Assembly (NCBI RefSeq): GCF_020745735.1
Contig: NC_083409.1
Coordinates: 10,638,978-10,702,977, forward strand
DNA length: 64,000 bases
From: Hemiscyllium ocellatum
Taxonomy: Eukaryota
Direction: 5' to 3'
Both the position numbers and the translations under genes were made by a program. The notes beneath the pieces were generated by a model. The model saw nothing but the letters and a program-made list of their open reading frames with translations, was not told where the DNA came from and searched no databases. Of this stretch, positions 9,140-23,100 are shown piece after piece (within the stretch, counting starts at the first letter, position 1; each line of letters begins with the position of its first letter).

Positions 9140-11335
9140 CTGTCTTGATGATAGGAAGCAGAGGTAATATTGGAAGGATGCTTGTCAGACTGGAGGCCTG
9201 TGTTGAGTGGAGTGCCTCAGGGCTCAGTGCTGGCCCCATTACTGTTTGTTATCAATATTAATGGTTTGGATGAGAACCTGTAAGGCATGATTAGTAAGTT
9301 TGATGTGCAGGTCAGGTGAATTGGACATGTTAAATTGGCCATAGTCTTAGGTACATTAGTCAGAGGGAAATGTCTCTAAATGGGTTACTCTTCAGAGGGT
9401 CAGTGTGGATTGGTTGGGCCGAAGACCTGTTTCCACACTGGAGGGAATCTAATCTCTAATCCTGTACAGGATGTCAGTGAGGTCGCACTTGGAATATTGT
9501 ATTCAGTTTGGTCACCTTGTTATAGGAAGGATATTACTAAACCAGAAAGAGCACAGAAGAAATTGGCAAGGATGTTGCCTGGACTCAACAATCTGAGTTA
9601 TAGGGGGAAGTTAGCCAAGTTAGGACTTTTTTCTGAGAGCGTAGGAGACTGGTGGGGGAACATTTAGAAGTGTATAAGATCATGAGAGACATGGAGAGGG
9701 TTGGGGAAACGAGGATGAGAGGGCATCAGTTTAGTGTTAGAGAGGAATGAATAAAAGGGAACCTGAGGGGCAACATTTTTACACAGAGGGTGGCACGCAT
9801 GTGGAATGAGATGCCAGCTGAAGTGATTGAGGTGGATACATTAACAATATTTAAAAGACATTTGGACAAATACATAGATAGGAAAACATTTGAAGGATAT
9901 GGGCCAAGTGCAGGGAAATGGGGTTAGTGTGGATGGACATTTTGGTCAGCACGGTCCAGTTTGGGCCAAAGGGCCTGTCTCTGTGCTGTAGGACTCGATG
10001 GCTCTAAGACTCTATAATTCCATATGTTTCCATGTTTATGAACAGTCTCTCAAACATAGAAACAAAGGAACTAGGAGCAAGAGGAGGCCATTCAGCCCTT
10101 CAAGTTGGCTCTGCCATTCAATATGACCATGGCTAATCATCCAACTTAGTCCCCTGCTCCCATTTTTTCTCCATAAAATTTAACCCCTTTAGTTCTAAGA
10201 ATACACTTATCCTCTCTTGAAAATATTGAATGTTTTGGGCTCAACTGCTTTCTGTGACAGACTATCCCACTAGCTTCCCAGTCTCTGGCAAAAGAAATGT
10301 CTCCTCAGCTCAGTCTGAAATAACCTTTCCCTTTTCTTTAAACCATAATTCGTAGTTCTGGATTCCCCAATCATCAGGAACATCCTCCCTGTGTTGTTCT
10401 AGTCTTGTCCTGTTCGGATTTTCAAGGTTACAATATGATTCCTTTCAATCTTCTAAGTGCCAATGAATATAATCCTAACTGATCCAGTTTCTCATCAGAT
10501 CTAAGTGCTGTCCTCCCAGGAACCAGTCTGGTAAACCTTCACTGCTCTCCCTCCACAGCCAAAACATCCTTCCTCAATTAAGGAGCCTGAAACTACCCAC
10601 GACAGAATCATGAAATCACACAGTACAGAGGAGGCCCTTCAGCCCATTAACTGTGTACCAGCCAAACTACACTAAACCTACACCAGTCCCACTTTCCAAC
10701 ATGAGGCCCACAGCTTGAATGTTATGACATTTCAACTGCTCACCCAAGTACATTTTAAACTTTGTGAGGTTTCCCACCTCAACTCCCCTCTCAGGCTGTG
10801 CATTCCAGATGCACACCAACCTCTGGATGAAAAACATTTTCCTTAAAACATCTTGAAGCCTCCTAGCTTTCACATTGAATGTGAGTCAACTTGTTATTGA
10901 CCCTCCCAAAAAGGAGAACAGCTGCTTTCTCTCCTCCCTGCCAATTCCCCTCATAACCTTATACACCTCGATCAGGTCCCCCCTCCACCTTCTCTGCTCT
11001 ATAGAAAACAACCCGAGCTGATCCAATTTCTCTTCATCACTGAGAGGTTCCATCCCACACAACATCCTGATGATTCCCCTCTGCACCCCATCCAGTGCAA
11101 TCACCTCCTTCCTACAGTGTGGTGACCTGAACTGCACACAGTACTCCAGCTGTGGCCTAACCAATGTTCTGCTTAACTGCACCATCTCCTCCTGCTTTTA
11201 TAACCAACACCTGAAATGACAAAGGCAAGTGTCCCTTATGCCTTCATAACTGTTCCGTTAACCTGTCTTGCCATATTCAGGGATCAGTGGAGAAGCACCC
11301 CAAGATCACTCTGTTCCTTTGAGCTTCCTCAGTTC
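9140..11335. mobile_element. Cluster of CR1 3' fragments with a partial HE1-type SINE (about 9300-9470)
   Basis: ORFs 9380, 10667 and 10886 carry RPQLEYCVQF / RRWRGDLIEVYK motifs. The SINE segment is gatgtgcaggtcaggtgaattgg. Confidence 0.75.
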
Positions 11336-11339
11336 AAAG

Positions 11340-14300
11340 AACAAAGAGCAACGAAAATTACAGCACAAGAACTGGCCCTTCGGCCCTCCTAGCCTGCACT
11401 GGTCCATATCCTCCATCTAAACCTGTCATCAATTTTCCAAGGTTCTGTCTCCCTTTGCTCCCTGCCCATCCATGTATCTATCTAGATATATCTTAAATGA
11501 TGCTATTGTGCCTGCCTCTACCACCTCCACTGGCAACGTGTTCCAGGACCAATCACTCTCTGTGTGAAGAACTTTCCATACATATCTCCCTTAAATGTTT
11601 CCACTCTCACCTTGAACTCATGACCCCCGAGTAATTGAGTCCCTCATTCTGGGAAAAAGCTTCTTGCTATCCACCCTTTCTACACCTCTCATGATTTTGT
11701 AGACCCCAATCTGGTCCCCCCTCAACATTTGATTTTCTAATGAGAATAATCCTAATCTACTAAGCCTCTCTCCATAGCTAGTGCCCTCCATACCAGGCAA
11801 TCCTGGTGAACCTCCTCTACACCCTCTCCAAAGCATCCACATCTTTCTGGTAATGGGGCAACCAGAACTGTACACAGTATTCCAAATGTGGCCAAGCCAA
11901 AGGCTGATATAATTCTAATATGACCTTCCAACTCTTGTACTGAATACCACGTCTGGTGAAGGAAGATGTGCCATATGCCTTCTTGACCACTCTGTCGACC
12001 TGTGTTGTCACCTCCAGGGTACAATGGACCTGAACACCCAGGTCGCTCTGGGCATCAATTTTCCCAGGGTGTTCCATTCACTGTACAGTTTACTCCAGAT
12101 TTGGATCTTCCAAAATTCATCAGACTGCATTTGCCTGGCTTGAACTCCATCCATCCATTTCTCTGCCCAACTCTCCAATCTGTCTACATTCTCTGACAGT
12201 CCCCTTCACTATCTGCTACTCCACCAATATTAGTGTCATATGCAAACTTGCTAATCAGATCACCTATAGCTTCCTCCAGATCATTTATGTCTTTCCAAAA
12301 CAAGAGCGGTACCAGCACGGATTGCTGTTCTCCATTTTGAGAAAGTACTCCCACCACTACTGTCTGTCTTCTGTTGCCCAACCTGTTCTCTACCCATCTA
12401 GTGAGTACACTCTGGACCCCATGCGAATTAAATTTCTTTATCAGGCTACCATGGGGAACTTTATCAAACACCTTACTGAAGTCCATGTGTATGACATCCA
12501 CAGCCCATCCCTCCTCAATCAACTTCATCAGTTCTTCAATAAAATCTATAAAGTTGGTAAGACATGACATTCCCTGCACAACTTCATACTGCCTATTACT
12601 GATAAGTCAATTTTCTTCCAAAAGTAAATAGATCTTATCTCACAGTATGTTCTCCAGCAGCTTCCCTACCACTACATCAGGCTCACTGGTTGATAGTTAC
12701 CTGGATTATCCTGGCTACCCTTCTTAAACATTAACAATTCTCCAGTCCTCTGGGACCCTCATCCATGTTCAGGGTTGCTACAAAGATATCGATTAAGGCC
12801 CCAACTATTTCCTCTCTTGCTTCCCTCAGTAAGCTGGGATCGATCCCATCCCGACCTGGGGACTTGTGCACCTTGATGCCTTTTAAAATACCCAACACTT
12901 CCTCCCTCCTTAAATCGACTTGACCTCGAGTAATCAAACACCCATCCCCAACTTCAACATCTGTCATTTCCCTCTCCTTGGTGAATACCGACGTAAAGCA
13001 CTCATTAAGAATCTCATCCATTTTCTGACTCCACACATATCTTTCCTCCTTTGTCCTTGAGTGGGCCAACCCTTTCTCGAGTCATCCTCTTGCTCCTTAT
13101 GTATGAATAAAAGGATTTGGGATTTTCCTTAATGATATTTTGTGACCCCTTTAGCCCTTTTAATTCCTCACTTCAGATTGGTCCTACTTTCACGATATTC
13201 TTCCAAAGCTTTGTCTGTTTTCAGCCACCTAGACCTTATGTATGCATCCTTTTTCCTCTTAGCTAGTCTCACAATTTCATCTGACATCCAGCGTTCCCTA
13301 ATCATGCCATTTCAATCCCTTATTTTCACAGGGACATGTCTGTCCTGACTCTAGTCAACCTCTCTTTAAAAGCCTCCCACATATCAAATGTGGATTTCCC
13401 TTTAAACAGCTGCTCCCAATCCACATTCCCCAGCTCCTACCAAATTTTGGGATAGTTGGCCTTCCTCCACTTTAGCCCTCTTCCTTTAGGACCACTCTCA
13501 TCTTTGTCCATGAGCATTCTAAAACGTATGGAATTGTGATCACTCTTCCAAAGTAATCCCCGACTGAAATTTCAACCACCTGGCCGGGCTCATTCCCCAA
13601 CACCAGCCCAGTCTGGCCCCTTCCTAAGTTAGACTATTTCCACATTACTCTGTGAAATCCTCCTGGATGCTCCTTACAAATTCTGCTCCATTTTAACTTC
13701 TAACATGAAGTGAATCCCAGTCAATGTTGGGAAAATTAAAATCTTCCATCACCACCACCTTGTTACTCCTACATCTTTCCATAATCTGTTTACATATTTG
13801 TACCTCTACCTCACGTTCACTGTTAGGAGGCTTGTAGGATAGCACCAACATTGTTACTGCACCCTTCCTGTTTCTGAGCTCTGCCCATATTGCCCCACTG
13901 CTCGAGTCCTCCATAGTACCCTCCTTCACCACACCTGTGATATCCACTCTGACCAGTAATGCAACTCCTCCATCCCTTTTACCTCCCTCTCGAACCCATC
14001 TGATACATCTGTATCCTGAGATATTTAGTTAACAATCTTGCCATTCCCTCAACCACGTCTCAGTAATAGCAATAACATCATACTCCCAGATACTAGTCCA
14101 AGCCCTAAATTCATCTGCCTTACCTACTACACTTCTCACATTAAAACAAATGCATCTCAGACCATCTGTCCCTTTGCGTTCATCATCTGCTCCCTACCTA
14201 TTCTTAACCTTAGTCACGCTGACTTCAATATCTAGTTCCTGACAGGCTTTAGTTACTCCCTCCTTATTGCCCACTAACCTCCTCATTTGGTTCCCATCCC

Positions 14301-14800
14301 TCTGCTACACTATTTTGAACCCTCCCCAAGAGCGTGATCAAACACATCCCTCAGGACACTGGTTCCAGTCCTGCCCAGGTGTAGACCACTCGATTTGTAA
14401 TTGTCCTACCTCCCCAGGAACCAGTCCCAATGTCCCAAAAATCTGAACCCCTCCCTCCTGCACCATCTCTCAAGCCACACATTCATCCTGCCTATATTTT
14501 CATTTCGACTCTGACTAGCACATGGCACTGGGAGCAATCCTGAGATTACTACCTCTGAGATCCTACATTTTAATATGGTTCCTCACTCCATAAATTCTGC
14601 TTGTAGGACCCCATCCCATTTATTACCGATATCATCAGTCCCTTCATGCACCATCACAGCTAGCTGTTCACCCACCCCTTCAGAATGTCCTGCAGCCGAT
14701 CTGAGACATCCCTGAGCTGTACAACTGGGAGGCAACATGCTATTCGTGAGTCTTGTTTTTGACCACAGAACCGCCGATCTATTCCCCTTACAAAGTCCAA
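11340..14800 (-). mobile_element. Long decayed CR1 LINE (ORF1 esterase end, endonuclease, RT, 3' tail)
   Basis: Motifs MVHEGTDDIG (SGNH-like), AIWAELRNRKG...EDFNFPNIDW (EN), CLTNFIDF...MDFSKVFDKVPH (RT) and WPHLEYCVQFW, with many stops and frameshifts. Confidence 0.9.
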
Positions 14801-15584
14801 ACAAACCATATCCATGGGCCCCCCCTTATCAAATCCACTCACTACATCCTCAAACAATTCCAGTCGATTTTTTAAGCATGATTTCCCTTTCGACAATTCA
14901 TGCCGACTCTGTCCAGTTCTGCCACTGTTTTCAAAGTGCTAAGCTATAAAATATTTTATAATGAACTTAAGCATTTTTGCCACTGCTGACTTCTGGCTAA
15001 TTGGTCTAAAATTTCTTATTTTCCCTCTCTCTCTCTCTCTTTCAATAGGCGTGTTAAATTAACTCCCTCCATTTTGTAGGACCTATTCCACAGTCGACAA
15101 ACAGATAACCATCAATGTTCCTCATATTTTACAACCACTTCCTGAAGCACTCCTGAAAATAGATTATTTGGCCCTGCTGATATAAGACATTCTAATTTTC
15201 CCAGAACCATTTTTCTCCAACAACTGACTTCCTTCAGCTCCTTCCTCTGATAAAACTCCAAGTTCACCAACATGTCTGAGATTTATTTGAGAATTCATTT
15301 GTGCAGAAAGATCCAGAATATGTTTATCTGTCATCTCTTTGTTCCAACTATAACATTATAACACTTGTGTGGAACTACCTTGAATGTCATCTGGACGTCC
15401 ATATAAAAAACACATTACCTTATCTCACACATTAGTGACCTCGTTAAAACATGTAACCAGGTTAGTTAAAGATGTCTGACCCTTTTTAATCCATGCTGAC
15501 TTACTCTGATCTGTTCACATTTGTCGGACATTCTGTCTCTAAACAGATTTAATTACTTCCCAACAATAGACATTCAACGGAGAT

Positions 15585-16124
15585 AAAAACAATGTCTGCA
15601 GATGCAGCAAACCAGATTCTGGATTAATGATGCTGGAAGAGCACAGCAGTTCAGGCGGCATCCGAGGAGCAGCGAAATCGACGTTTCGGGCTAAAGCCCT
15701 TCATCAGGAATAAAGGCAGTGAGCCTGAAGTGTGGAGAGATAAGCTAGAGGAGGGTGGGAGTGGGGAGAAAGTAGCATAGAGTACAAGCAAATGTGGCTG
15801 TGGGAGCGAGTTTGTTTCATGACATGGTTGAAGAGCTTCTCTCTACAAGAATCTCAGGGAGTCCCTCTCCCACTGCAACTCCCAGGTCATTTCCTCTGCC
15901 CTGAAGCTCTTCAAACATTTCAAGAAACAAACTCGCTCCCACAGCCACATTTGCTTGCACTCTATGCTACTTTCTCCCCACCCCCACCCTCCTCTAGCTT
16001 ATCTCTCCACGCTTCAGGCTCACTGCCTTTATTCCTGATGAAGGGCTTATGCCCGAAACATCGATTTCGCTGCTCCTCGGATGCTGGCTGAATGGCTGTG
16101 CTCTTCCAGCACCACTCATCCAGA
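15585..16124. mobile_element. Penelope-derived fold-back insert with two hammerhead-like cores and a 13-bp TSD
   Basis: Inverted arms at about 15616-15840 and 15903-16126. Cores at 15684-15707 (-) and 16035-16058 (+). TSD attcaacggagat 15572-15584 / attcaatggagat 16125-16137. Confidence 0.8.
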
Positions 16125-16204
16125 ATTCAATGGAGATGTTCATTGTGAGTGAGGTTAGTAAACAGCTAGTACTGACACAAGGGGCTGAACAGCCTCCTTC
16201 TAGA

Positions 16205-19200
16205 GTCATAGAGTCATAGAGATGCACAGCATGGAAACAGACCCTAAGGTCCAACTTGTCCATGCCAACCAGACATCCCAACCCAATCTAGTCCCACCTG
16301 CCAACACCTGGCCCAGATCCCTCCAAACCCTTCCTATTGATATACCCATTCAGATGCCTTTTAAATGTTGTAATTGTACCAGCCTCTACCACTTCCTCTG
16401 GCAGCCCCATTCTGCACTTGCACCACTCTGTGCGTGAAAAAGTTGCTTCTCAAGTCTCTTTTATATCTTTCCCCTCTTACTCTAAACCCATGCCCTCTAT
16501 TACTGGACTCCACCAGCTCAGGGAAAAGACTTGGTCTCTTTGCCCAATCCATGTCCCTCATGATTTTGTAAACCTCTGTAAGGTCACCCCTCAGCAGGGA
16601 CCTCTGTAAGGTCACACCTCACTCAAGGGAAAACATCCCTAGTCTATTTAACTTCTCCGTATACCTTAAATCCTCCAACCCTAGTAATATCCTTGTAAAT
16701 CTTTTCTGAACCCTTTCTAGTTTCACAACATCTTTCTGATAGGAAGGAGATCAGAATTGAATACAATACTCCAAAAGTGGTTTAGGTGACCTCCCAACAC
16801 CCATACTCAATTCTGTAATCAATAAAGTAAAGCATACCAAATGTCTTCTTCATTATCCTACCTACCTACGACTCTACATTCAAAGAGCTATGAACCTGCA
16901 CTCCAAGGTCTCTTTGTTCAGCAACACTCCCGAGAACCTGACCATTAAGTGTATAAGTCCTGCTAAGATTTGCTTTCCTAACTGCAGCACCTTGCATTTA
17001 TCTGAATTAAACTCCACCTGCCATTCCTCAGCCCATTGGCCCATCGGATCAAGATCCTGGTGTAATGTGAGGTAACTTTCTTCGCTGTCCACTACACCTC
17101 CAATTTTGGTGTCATTTGCAAACTTACTAACTCTACCTCCTATGTTCACATCCAAATCATTTATGTAAATGACAACAAGTAGTTGCCCAGCACCAATCCT
17201 TATGACACTCCACTGGTCAGTGACGTCCCGTCTGAAAAACAACCCTCCACCATCACCCACTGTCTTCTACCTTTGAGCCAGTTCTGTATCCAAATGGCTA
17301 GTTCTAACTGTATTCCATGAGATCTAACCTTGCTTACCAATCTTCCATGGGGAACCTTGTTGAATGTCTTACTGAAGTCCGTACAGATCCAGTGTAACGT
17401 TCTGCCCTCATCAATTCTTTCTGTTACTTCTTCAAAAAACTCAATCAAGTTTGTGAGACATGATTTCCCATACACAGAACCATGCTGACTATCCCTAATC
17501 AGTCTTTGCCTTTCCAAATTTATGGACAATCTGTCCCTCAGGATTCCTTCCAATAACTTCCTCACAATTGACGTCTGGCTGACTGGTCTACAGTTCCCTG
17601 GCTTTTCCTTACCACCTTTCTTAAGTAGTGGCACCAATTAGTGAACCTCCAGTCTTCTGGCACATCATTTGTGACTATTGAGGATACAAATATCACAGTA
17701 AGAGGCCCAGCAATCACTTCCCTAGCTTCCGACAGAGTCCTAGGGTATACCTAATTAGGTCTTGGGGATTTATCCACATTTATGCATTTCAAAGACATCT
17801 GGCACCTCCTCATCTGTAATATGAACATTTTTCAAGATATCACCATCTATTTCCCTGCATTCTATATCTTCAATATCCTTCTCCACAGTTAGTGAAGCAA
17901 AATACTCATTTGGTATCTGCCCCATCTCCTGCGGCTCCACACAAAGGTCGCGTTGCTGATCTTTGAGGTGCCCTATTCTCTCCTTAGTTACCCTCTTGTC
18001 CTTAATGTATTCATAAAACCCCTCTGTATTCTCCTTAACCCTATTTGCCAAAGCTATCTCATGTTGTTGCCCTCCTGATTTCCATCTTAAGTATACTCCT
18101 ACTGCCTTTGTATCCATCTAAGGATTCACTCAATCTATCCTGTTTATATCTGACATATGCTTCATCCTTTTTCTCAACCAAACCCTCAACTTCTCTCATC
18201 ATCCAATATTCCCTACACCTACCAGCCTTTCCTTTCACCGTAACTAGAATATACTATCTCTGGGCTCAATTTATCTCATTTCTGAAGGCTTCCTATTTTC
18301 CAGCTGTCCCATGACCTGCGAGCAACTGCCCCCAATCAGCTTTTCAGAGTTCTTGCCTAATACTGGCAAAATTAGCCTTCCTCCAATTTAGAACTCCAAC
18401 TTCTGGATCTGGTCTATCCTTTTCCTTCACTATTTTAAAATGAATAGAATTATGGTCGCTGACCAAAAGTGCTCCTCCACTGACACCTCAGTCACCTGCC
18501 CTGCCTTATTTCCAAGGTTGAGCTTTGCACCTTCTCTCGTCGGTACATCCACATTCTGAATCAGAAAATTGTATTGTACGCACTTAACAAATTCCTCTAC
18601 ATCTAAACCCTTCACACTATAGCAGTCACAGTCTATGTTTGGAAAGTTAAAATCCCCTCCTATAACCACCCCATTATTCTTACTGATAACTGAAATCTCC
18701 TTACAAATTTGTTTGTCAATTTCCCGCTGACTACTGGAGGGGAGCTATATTATAATCCCAACAAGGTGATCATCCCCTTCTTTTTTCTCAGTTCCATCCG
18801 AATAACTTCCCTGGATGTATTTCTGGGAATATCCTCCCTAAGTACAGCTGTAATGCTATCCCTTATCAAAAATGCCACTCTCCCTCCTCTTGTGCCTCCC
18901 TTTCTGTCCTTCCTGTAGCATTTGTATCCTAGAACATTAAACGGTCAGTCCTGTCCATCCCTGAGCCATATTTCTGTAATTGCTATGATATCCCAGTCCC
19001 ATGTTCCTAACCACGCCCCATGTTCATCTTCCTTCCCTGTAGGCCTCTTGCAGTGAAATAAATGCAGTTTAATTTGTCAGTCTTACCTTGTTCTCTGCTT
19101 TGTCCCCGCCTGCCCTGACTGTTTGACTTGCCTTTGTTCTCAACTTTACCAATCTGAGGATGAAATCTTTCCTCACTATCTCCCTGGGACCCACCCGCCC

Positions 19201-19920
19201 ACCTTACTAGTTTAAATCCTCCTGAGCAGCTCTAGCAAATCTCCCTGCCAGTATATTAGTTCCCTTCCAATTTAGGTGCAATCTGTCCTTCTTGTACAGG
19301 TTACTTCTACCTCAAAACAGCTTCCAAAGATCCAAAAATGTGAATCCTTCTCCCATACACCAGCTCCTCAGCCATGCATTCATCTGCTGTATCCTCCTGT
19401 TGCTGCCCTCACTAGCTCATAGCACCAGGAGTAATTCAGATATTACTACTCTTGAGGACCTCCTTTTTAAATTCCTGCCTAGCTCTCTGCAATCTCCCTT
19501 CAGAATCTCAACCTTTTCCCTTACTATGTCATTGGTTGCAAAGTGTACAATGACCTCCTGCTGGTCTCTCTACACTTAAGAACATTCTGCACCCTCCCTG
19601 AGACATCTTTGATCCTGGCACCAGGGAAGCAACACACCATTCTGATTTTTTACTGCTGGCCACTGAAATGTCTGTCTGTACCTCGGGCTAGAGAGTCCCC
19701 TAACACAGTCGATTGTTTGGAACCCGACGTACCTCCCATTACATTAGAGCCAGTGTCAATACCAGAAACTTGGCTGCTCATGCTAAGTACCCCTGAGTTT
19801 CCATCACCCCCTACATTTTCCAAAACAGCATACTTGTTTGAAATGGGAATAACCACAGAAGACTCCTGGACTACTTGCCTACCTCTCTTGCCTTTCCTGG
19901 AGTTATGGTAAGAGCCCATG
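16205..19920 (-). mobile_element. Near full-length decayed CR1 LINE
   Basis: ORF1 linker SVVIPISNKYAVLE, EN GGDFNFPNID, RT VPLLKKGGKEKPGNCRPVS...CLTNLIEFF...TDFSKTFNKVPH and YINDLD...SKFANDTK, plus the 3' tail gagtcatagagtcatagag at about 16203-16220. Confidence 0.9.
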
Positions 19921-20134
19921 GGATCCAAGGCATTTTGGCAAATTGGATCCAAATATGAGGCAAAGAGTGATGGGAGAGGTTTGTCTTTGTGATTGGAAGC
20001 CTGTGACCAGTGGTGTAAGACAGGGACTGGGGCTGGGACCCTTGCTGTTTGTAATGTACATTAACAAATTGACTGTGATTGTAAAATTAGAAAGTTTTCA
20101 GAGGCCACATAAATTGGTTGTGTTATTGATATTG

Positions 20135-20965
20135 ATTTGATTTTTATTTAAGTTTATTGTCACGTGTTCTCGATTGCAAAAGTATTGGAGTACAGTGAAA
20201 AGTATGTAACGTCACCTCACAAGGCGCCATCTTAGGTACAAGGACCTCAGTACAGAATCGTAAGAACAAGGTAGAAAGAAAGAATAAAGTTCAAGGTTAC
20301 ACGTTGCAGATCTTTTTTAGTTTTAAGTAGAAAATGAAGAAATAAAGCTGAAAGTTCAAACATTACAGCATTTCTTAAGAACTTAGCTACCATGAGATTA
20401 TTCTTTAAGTCATCATCTCGAGACCGGAAGTCCACGCTGAGGCCTTCCCGGGTGGAGAGACCACCATATACAGAAAGGACCACTATGTGGGCTGAGAGAG
20501 AACCACGCTGGGCCACTCAGAGATCGCTACACTAGGCCGAGTGACCATCACGCTGGGCTGAGAGGCCACCACATCAAACAGAGGCCATCATGTTGGACTG
20601 CCTCGTTGGGCTGGAAGGTATCCCTGAAGAAGGGCTCATGCCGGAAACGCCGACTCTCCTGCTCCTTGGATGCTGCCTGACCTGCTGCGCTTTTCCAGCA
20701 ACACATTTTCAGCTCTGGAAGGTCTCCTTGCCAGGCCAGGACACTGCCACATCAAGCCAAGAGGCCACATTATTAGGTCTGCACTGGGTCAGAGGACTGG
20801 TGACTGAGGCTGGGAGTCCGAGTCCGGGAGAAGAAATTAGGGAGAAGGACAAAAGAAAAACACAAAAGAAAATGAAAAGAGAAGTGGGATAGAAAGAAGA
20901 AAAGGAAACAGACGGAGCAGATGAACTCGTTCTGAAGTGTCCTACTCTGCTGCCATCTTGGATTA
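20135..20965 (-). mobile_element. Internally deleted LINE-derived composite element
   Basis: The right end reads aagatggcagcagagtagg on the minus strand (LINE 5'-end-like). The left end reads actgtac...gtgacaataaac...aaatcaaatc (LINE tail-like). Internal ~21-bp degenerate repeats lie at 20480-20610. Confidence 0.45.
20620..20714 (+). mobile_element. Short Penelope pLTR fragment with hammerhead-like core
   Basis: CTGAAGA-A-GGGC-TCAT-GCCG-GAAA. TSD ctggaaggt at 20611-20619 and 20715-20723. Confidence 0.7.
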
Positions 20966-22870
20966 CCGGGTCTCAGGCTACAGTCTGATATTGGTCAGCT
21001 GGTAAATTGGGCAGAGCAATGGCAGATGTAATTTAATCCTGATACCTCTGAGGTGATCCAACTTGGGAGGTCTAATAAGGGAAGGATATACACAATGAAA
21101 GGCATGTACCTTGAGTATCCTTATGCATGAATCACAGAGGGTTGGTCTACAGATAAAACAAGAAATTAGGAAGGCAAATGGAATTTTGTCCTTCATTGCT
21201 AAAGGGATTGAGTTCAAAAAGCGGGAAGATTATGTTGCAGCTGTACAGGGTGCTGGTGAGACCACACCTGGAGTACTGCATGCAGTAATGGTCTCCTTAC
21301 TTGAAAAAGGCAATACTGGCACTGGAGGGATGCAGAGAAAGTTCACCAGGCTGATTCTGGGGTGGAGGGGTTTCGCTTATGAAGGGAGACTGTGTAGACT
21401 GGGATATATTCATTGGAACTTAGAAGAATGAGGGGAATCTTATAGAAACAAATAAAATTATAAAGAGAATACATAAGACAGAAGTAGAGAGGATGTCCTC
21501 ACTGGCAGGTGGAACTAAAACAAGAGGGTTTAACCTCAAAATTAGGGGGAGCAGATTTAGGACTGAATTGAGAAGGAACCTCTTACCCAGAGTGTCATAA
21601 ATCTATGAAATTCCTTGCTCAATGAAGAAATTGATGCTACTTCAGTAAATGTTTTAAAGCTAAGTAGATTTTTTGAACAATAAAGGAATTAAGAGATACA
21701 GTGAGAGTAAATGCCAAGTCTTGAACTTCAGAAAAAAGACTACAGGCATGGACAATTTTCTAAACGGTGAGAACATACATAAAGCCAAAGTACAAAGTGA
21801 TCTGGGAATGCTAGTCCCGGATTCTCTAAAGGTTAACTTGCAGGTTGAATCCGTGGTTAAGAATGCAAATGTAATATTGTCATTTATCTCAAGAGCTGAA
21901 AAATGTGTTGCTGAAAATGCGCAGCAGGAATGAAAAAGGGCTTATGCCTGAAACGTCAATTCTCCTGCTCCTTGGATGCTGCCTGACCTGTTGCACTTTT
22001 CCAGCAACACATTTTTCAGCTCTGATCTCCAGCATCTGCAGTCCTCACTTTCTCCAGTTTATCTCAAGAGGGTTGGAATGTAAAATGAGATGTGCTACTG
22101 AGACTTTATAAAGCTCTGGTTAGGCCCCATTTAGTCCACTTTTGTGCCCCACACTTCAGGAAGGACATATTGACACTGGACCGTGTCCAGTGGAGATTCA
22201 CATGGGTGAGCCCTGGAATGGTAATCCTAATATATGATGAATGGCTGAGGATCTTGGGATTGTATTCATTCGACTTTAGAAGGGGAGATCTAATAGAAAC
22301 TTACAAGATGATGCATGGTTTTGAAAGGGTGGATGCTGGGAAATTGTTTCCATTAGGTGGGAGTACTAGGACCCGAGGGCACAGCCTTAGAGTTAGAGGG
22401 GGTCAGTTTAAAACATAACTGAGGAGACATTTCTTCAGCTAGAGAGTGATGGGCCTTTGGAATTCATTGCCACAGAGCGCAGTGGCGGCTGAAATATTAA
22501 ATGTCTTCAAGGCAGAGATTGATAAATTCTTAATCTTGGACAGAATTAAGGGCTACAGGGAGAGTGCGGGTAACTGTCCTTCAATGCCCATCACCCATGA
22601 TTGAATGACGGAGTGGACTCGATGGGCCAAATGGCCTTACTTCCACTCCTTTGTCTTATGGTCTAATGTGGAGCTGAGTCCATGAAAAGATCAGCCATGA
22701 TCTTATTGAATGGCAGAGCAGGGTTGAAGGGACAGATGGCCTACTCCTGCTCCTAGTTCTTATGTTCTTATGTTCCTTGGGAGTACTGAGGAACAAAAGG
22801 ACCTTGGTGTACAACTCCATCAATCCCGGAAGTTATCAGCATAGCTAGACAGGGTGGTGAAGAAGGCATA
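20965..22870 (+). mobile_element. Stacked CR1 3' fragments
   Basis: Motifs KANGILSFIAKGIEFK, LYKALVRPHL and RRGDLIETYK in ORFs 21111 and 22092. Confidence 0.8.
21896..22057 (+). mobile_element. Penelope pLTR insert with short inverted head and 13-bp TSD
   Basis: TSD tttatctcaagag at 21883-21895 and 22058-22070. The head ctgaaaaatgtgttgctg is the rc of cagcaacacatttttcag later in the insert. Confidence 0.75.
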
Positions 22871-22929
22871 TGGGATGCCCTACTCCCAGCTGAGAAGGTT
22901 GTATAGAGAGGGTTTGTTGTATGTCATTC

Positions 22930-23100
22930 TTGTATAAAATTGATTTGTTAAAAGGATGTTGACAAGAACTCACTGATAACTAGAACTAAGCGAGTTTCTG
23001 TATTTATCACACCTAATGGATTATACCCAATGGCAAGTTTTGCTCTGTGGACTTAACAACTCTCCAGTCACATTTGAATGATTATTGTGAAAGTGAACAA
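22930..23100 (+). mobile_element. Gypsy/Ty3 LTR-retrotransposon RT relic
   Basis: With frameshift correction it reads KIDLLKGC..Q...FITPNGLY-QWQVL.CGLNNSPVTFE, matching the Gypsy pattern KIDLLKGYWQ...[23 protein letters not shown]. Confidence 0.6.
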
